From Squalus acanthias (taxonomy: Eukaryota): a stretch of DNA of 64,000 bases. How positions within the stretch are numbered: position 1 is the stretch's first letter; the number at the start of each line of letters is the position of its first letter. Both the position numbers and the translations under genes were made by a program. The notes under the pieces were generated by a model. It saw only the letters and a program-made list of their open reading frames with translations, ran no database searches and was not told where the DNA came from. Positions 62,371 to 64,000 of the stretch are shown here, piece after piece. Location: positions 8,682,001 through 8,746,000 of the forward strand of contig CM059433.1 in assembly GCA_030390025.1 (NCBI GenBank). The letters are read 5' to 3'.

Positions 62371-63325
62371 GGGCAGGATTTTAACTTGTAGGCAGGTAGG
62401 GAGCGGAGGGGCTCGATTGCAGTCGGGATACCCGGGAGAACGAATTTAACGGCAGGGCCTGATTAACATTTTTTTTCTGAGAGGCTGGCTGGCTGTCATG
62501 CGGGTAGGCCTGCGGCACCAGGCTGCCACCGGGAAGCAGAGAGAAGGGAGGGATCATAAGCCGGGATCGGAGTGGGTCGGAAGGTTGGGATCGGGGGTAG
62601 GGGGGGGGAATCGGAAGGCTGGGATGGGAGGGGGTCGGAGATCGGAGGGTCGGAAGGCCGTGATTGGGTGGGCTGGGGGGGGGGATGTATCAGAAGGCCA
62701 GGATGGGTGGGCCGGAGGGGGGGTTGGGGGCCGGCAATCGGAGGCTGGAGTGGGGCCGGGGATCAGAGGCTGAAGGTGGGTTCGGGGCGGGGTCGGGGTC
62801 TGGGGACCAGAGGCTGGAGTGGGGCCAGGGGCAGGGACCGGAGGCCTGAGGTGGGTTCGGGGAGGGACTGGGGGCTGGGGATCAGAAACTGGAGGGGGGG
62901 ATCAAAGATCAAAGGTCTCGTGGGGCGGGGGTGGAGGTCGGAGGCCTCATGGGGGAGGTTGGGGGGAGATCGGAAGGGTCGGGGGGGGTTCCAATTGCGG
63001 GGGGTGGGTGAGGCAGAGACGCTGGATCCAGCAGGTAAGTGGAAAGGTACTTCACTCCTGGATCCTGCAGTCCTCACCTCTCTTTAGCTGGCGGGTTCTC
63101 CGAGGCCCGGGATACCCGGCCAACCAGAGTTAAATTTAAAATGGAGATTCAAAATGAGGCAGCAGCCTCATTCTAATATTTAAAGTGGAGGTGGGATGGC
63201 CGCCCGCCCCTCATCCGCCTCTGTTAAAACCAGAGCTGGGTGGGTTGGAGGCAGGTTGGGGGTCGGGATTCAAATATCTACCACATTAATCTGCCCATTT
63301 TTGGGGGTTAAAATTGCCCCCCCCC
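62371..63325. mobile_element. Harbinger-type MITE with G-rich degenerate repeat core
   Basis: Ends GGGCAGGATTTTAAC / GTTAAAATTGCCCC; G-run and GATCGG repeats at 62545-63010. Confidence 0.7.
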
Positions 63326-63483
63326 ATACCTCCTAAACATGACTGAATGAGAAAGGCTTGAAGTTTCATATTGGATCTGGATTTGGTTCCCATAATAAAA
63401 ATAATGTTGGATTCTAGAATCTGAAGGCAAGTTGCATTCATCAAATGCAAACCCAAGAAGGGGAAGCAGAACAACAACATTAT

Positions 63484-64000
63484 ACAATCGCAAAATCCTG
63501 CGGCTGCTGGGAATCTGAAACAACAACAGAAAAAGCTGGAAACACTCAGCAGGTCGGGCAGCATCCGTGGAGAGAGAAACAGAGTCAACGTTTCAGGTCG
63601 ATGACCCTTCGTCAGAACTGGAAAAGGTTAGAGAAGTAACAAATTTTTAAGCAAGTGCAGGGGGCAGGGAAAGGGGGGAGGGGAGGAAAGAACAAAAGGG
63701 AAGGTCTGTGATTGGCTGGAAGGCAGGAGAGGTTAAGAGACAAAAGGGATGATGGTGCGAGGCAAAAGGAGATGGGAATGGGACAAGTTAAGAAACAAAA
63801 GATGACTGTAGATGAAGTGTAAATGACAATGGCAGAATCATCAACAGCTGCCATGTGAGAGAGAGAAAAGAAAACATAGGGGTCGAGGTTATGGTCTGAA
63901 ATTGTTGAACTCGATGTTGAGTCCAGAAGGCTGTAAAGTGCCTCATCGAAAGATGAGGTGCTGTTCCTCGAGCTTACATTGAGCTTTGTTGGAACAGTGT
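63484..64000 (-). mobile_element. Penelope-like family B 3' end with hammerhead (63583-63619)
   Basis: Homologous to 46366-46890 and 23030-23670; runs off the window end. Confidence 0.87.

Overview
Repeat-dense vertebrate intronic/intergenic DNA, most likely from a shark or ray (HE1-type V-SINE, HER1/CR1 LINEs, Deu-domain SINEs). I recognise no host protein-coding gene; one unassigned candidate exon lies at 24062-24293 (-). The window is a mosaic of CR1, L2, a second CR1/L2-group LINE ('LINE-B'), RTE-type LINE 3' ends, three SINE families whose tails match LINEs in the same window, decayed PIF/Harbinger transposase and Myb/SANT genes with many CpG-rich Harbinger-type MITEs, a hAT MITE, a foldback element and two minisatellites. 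The most interesting signal is about ten minimal type I hammerhead ribozyme motifs carried by two Penelope-like (GIY-YIG) element families. Several sit in inverted hairpin insertions with target-site duplications, and one composite family carries a shared damaged hammerhead upstream of a different, intact one. All calls were made by eye. Family names are inferences from motifs, and boundaries are approximate unless a TIR or TSD is quoted.
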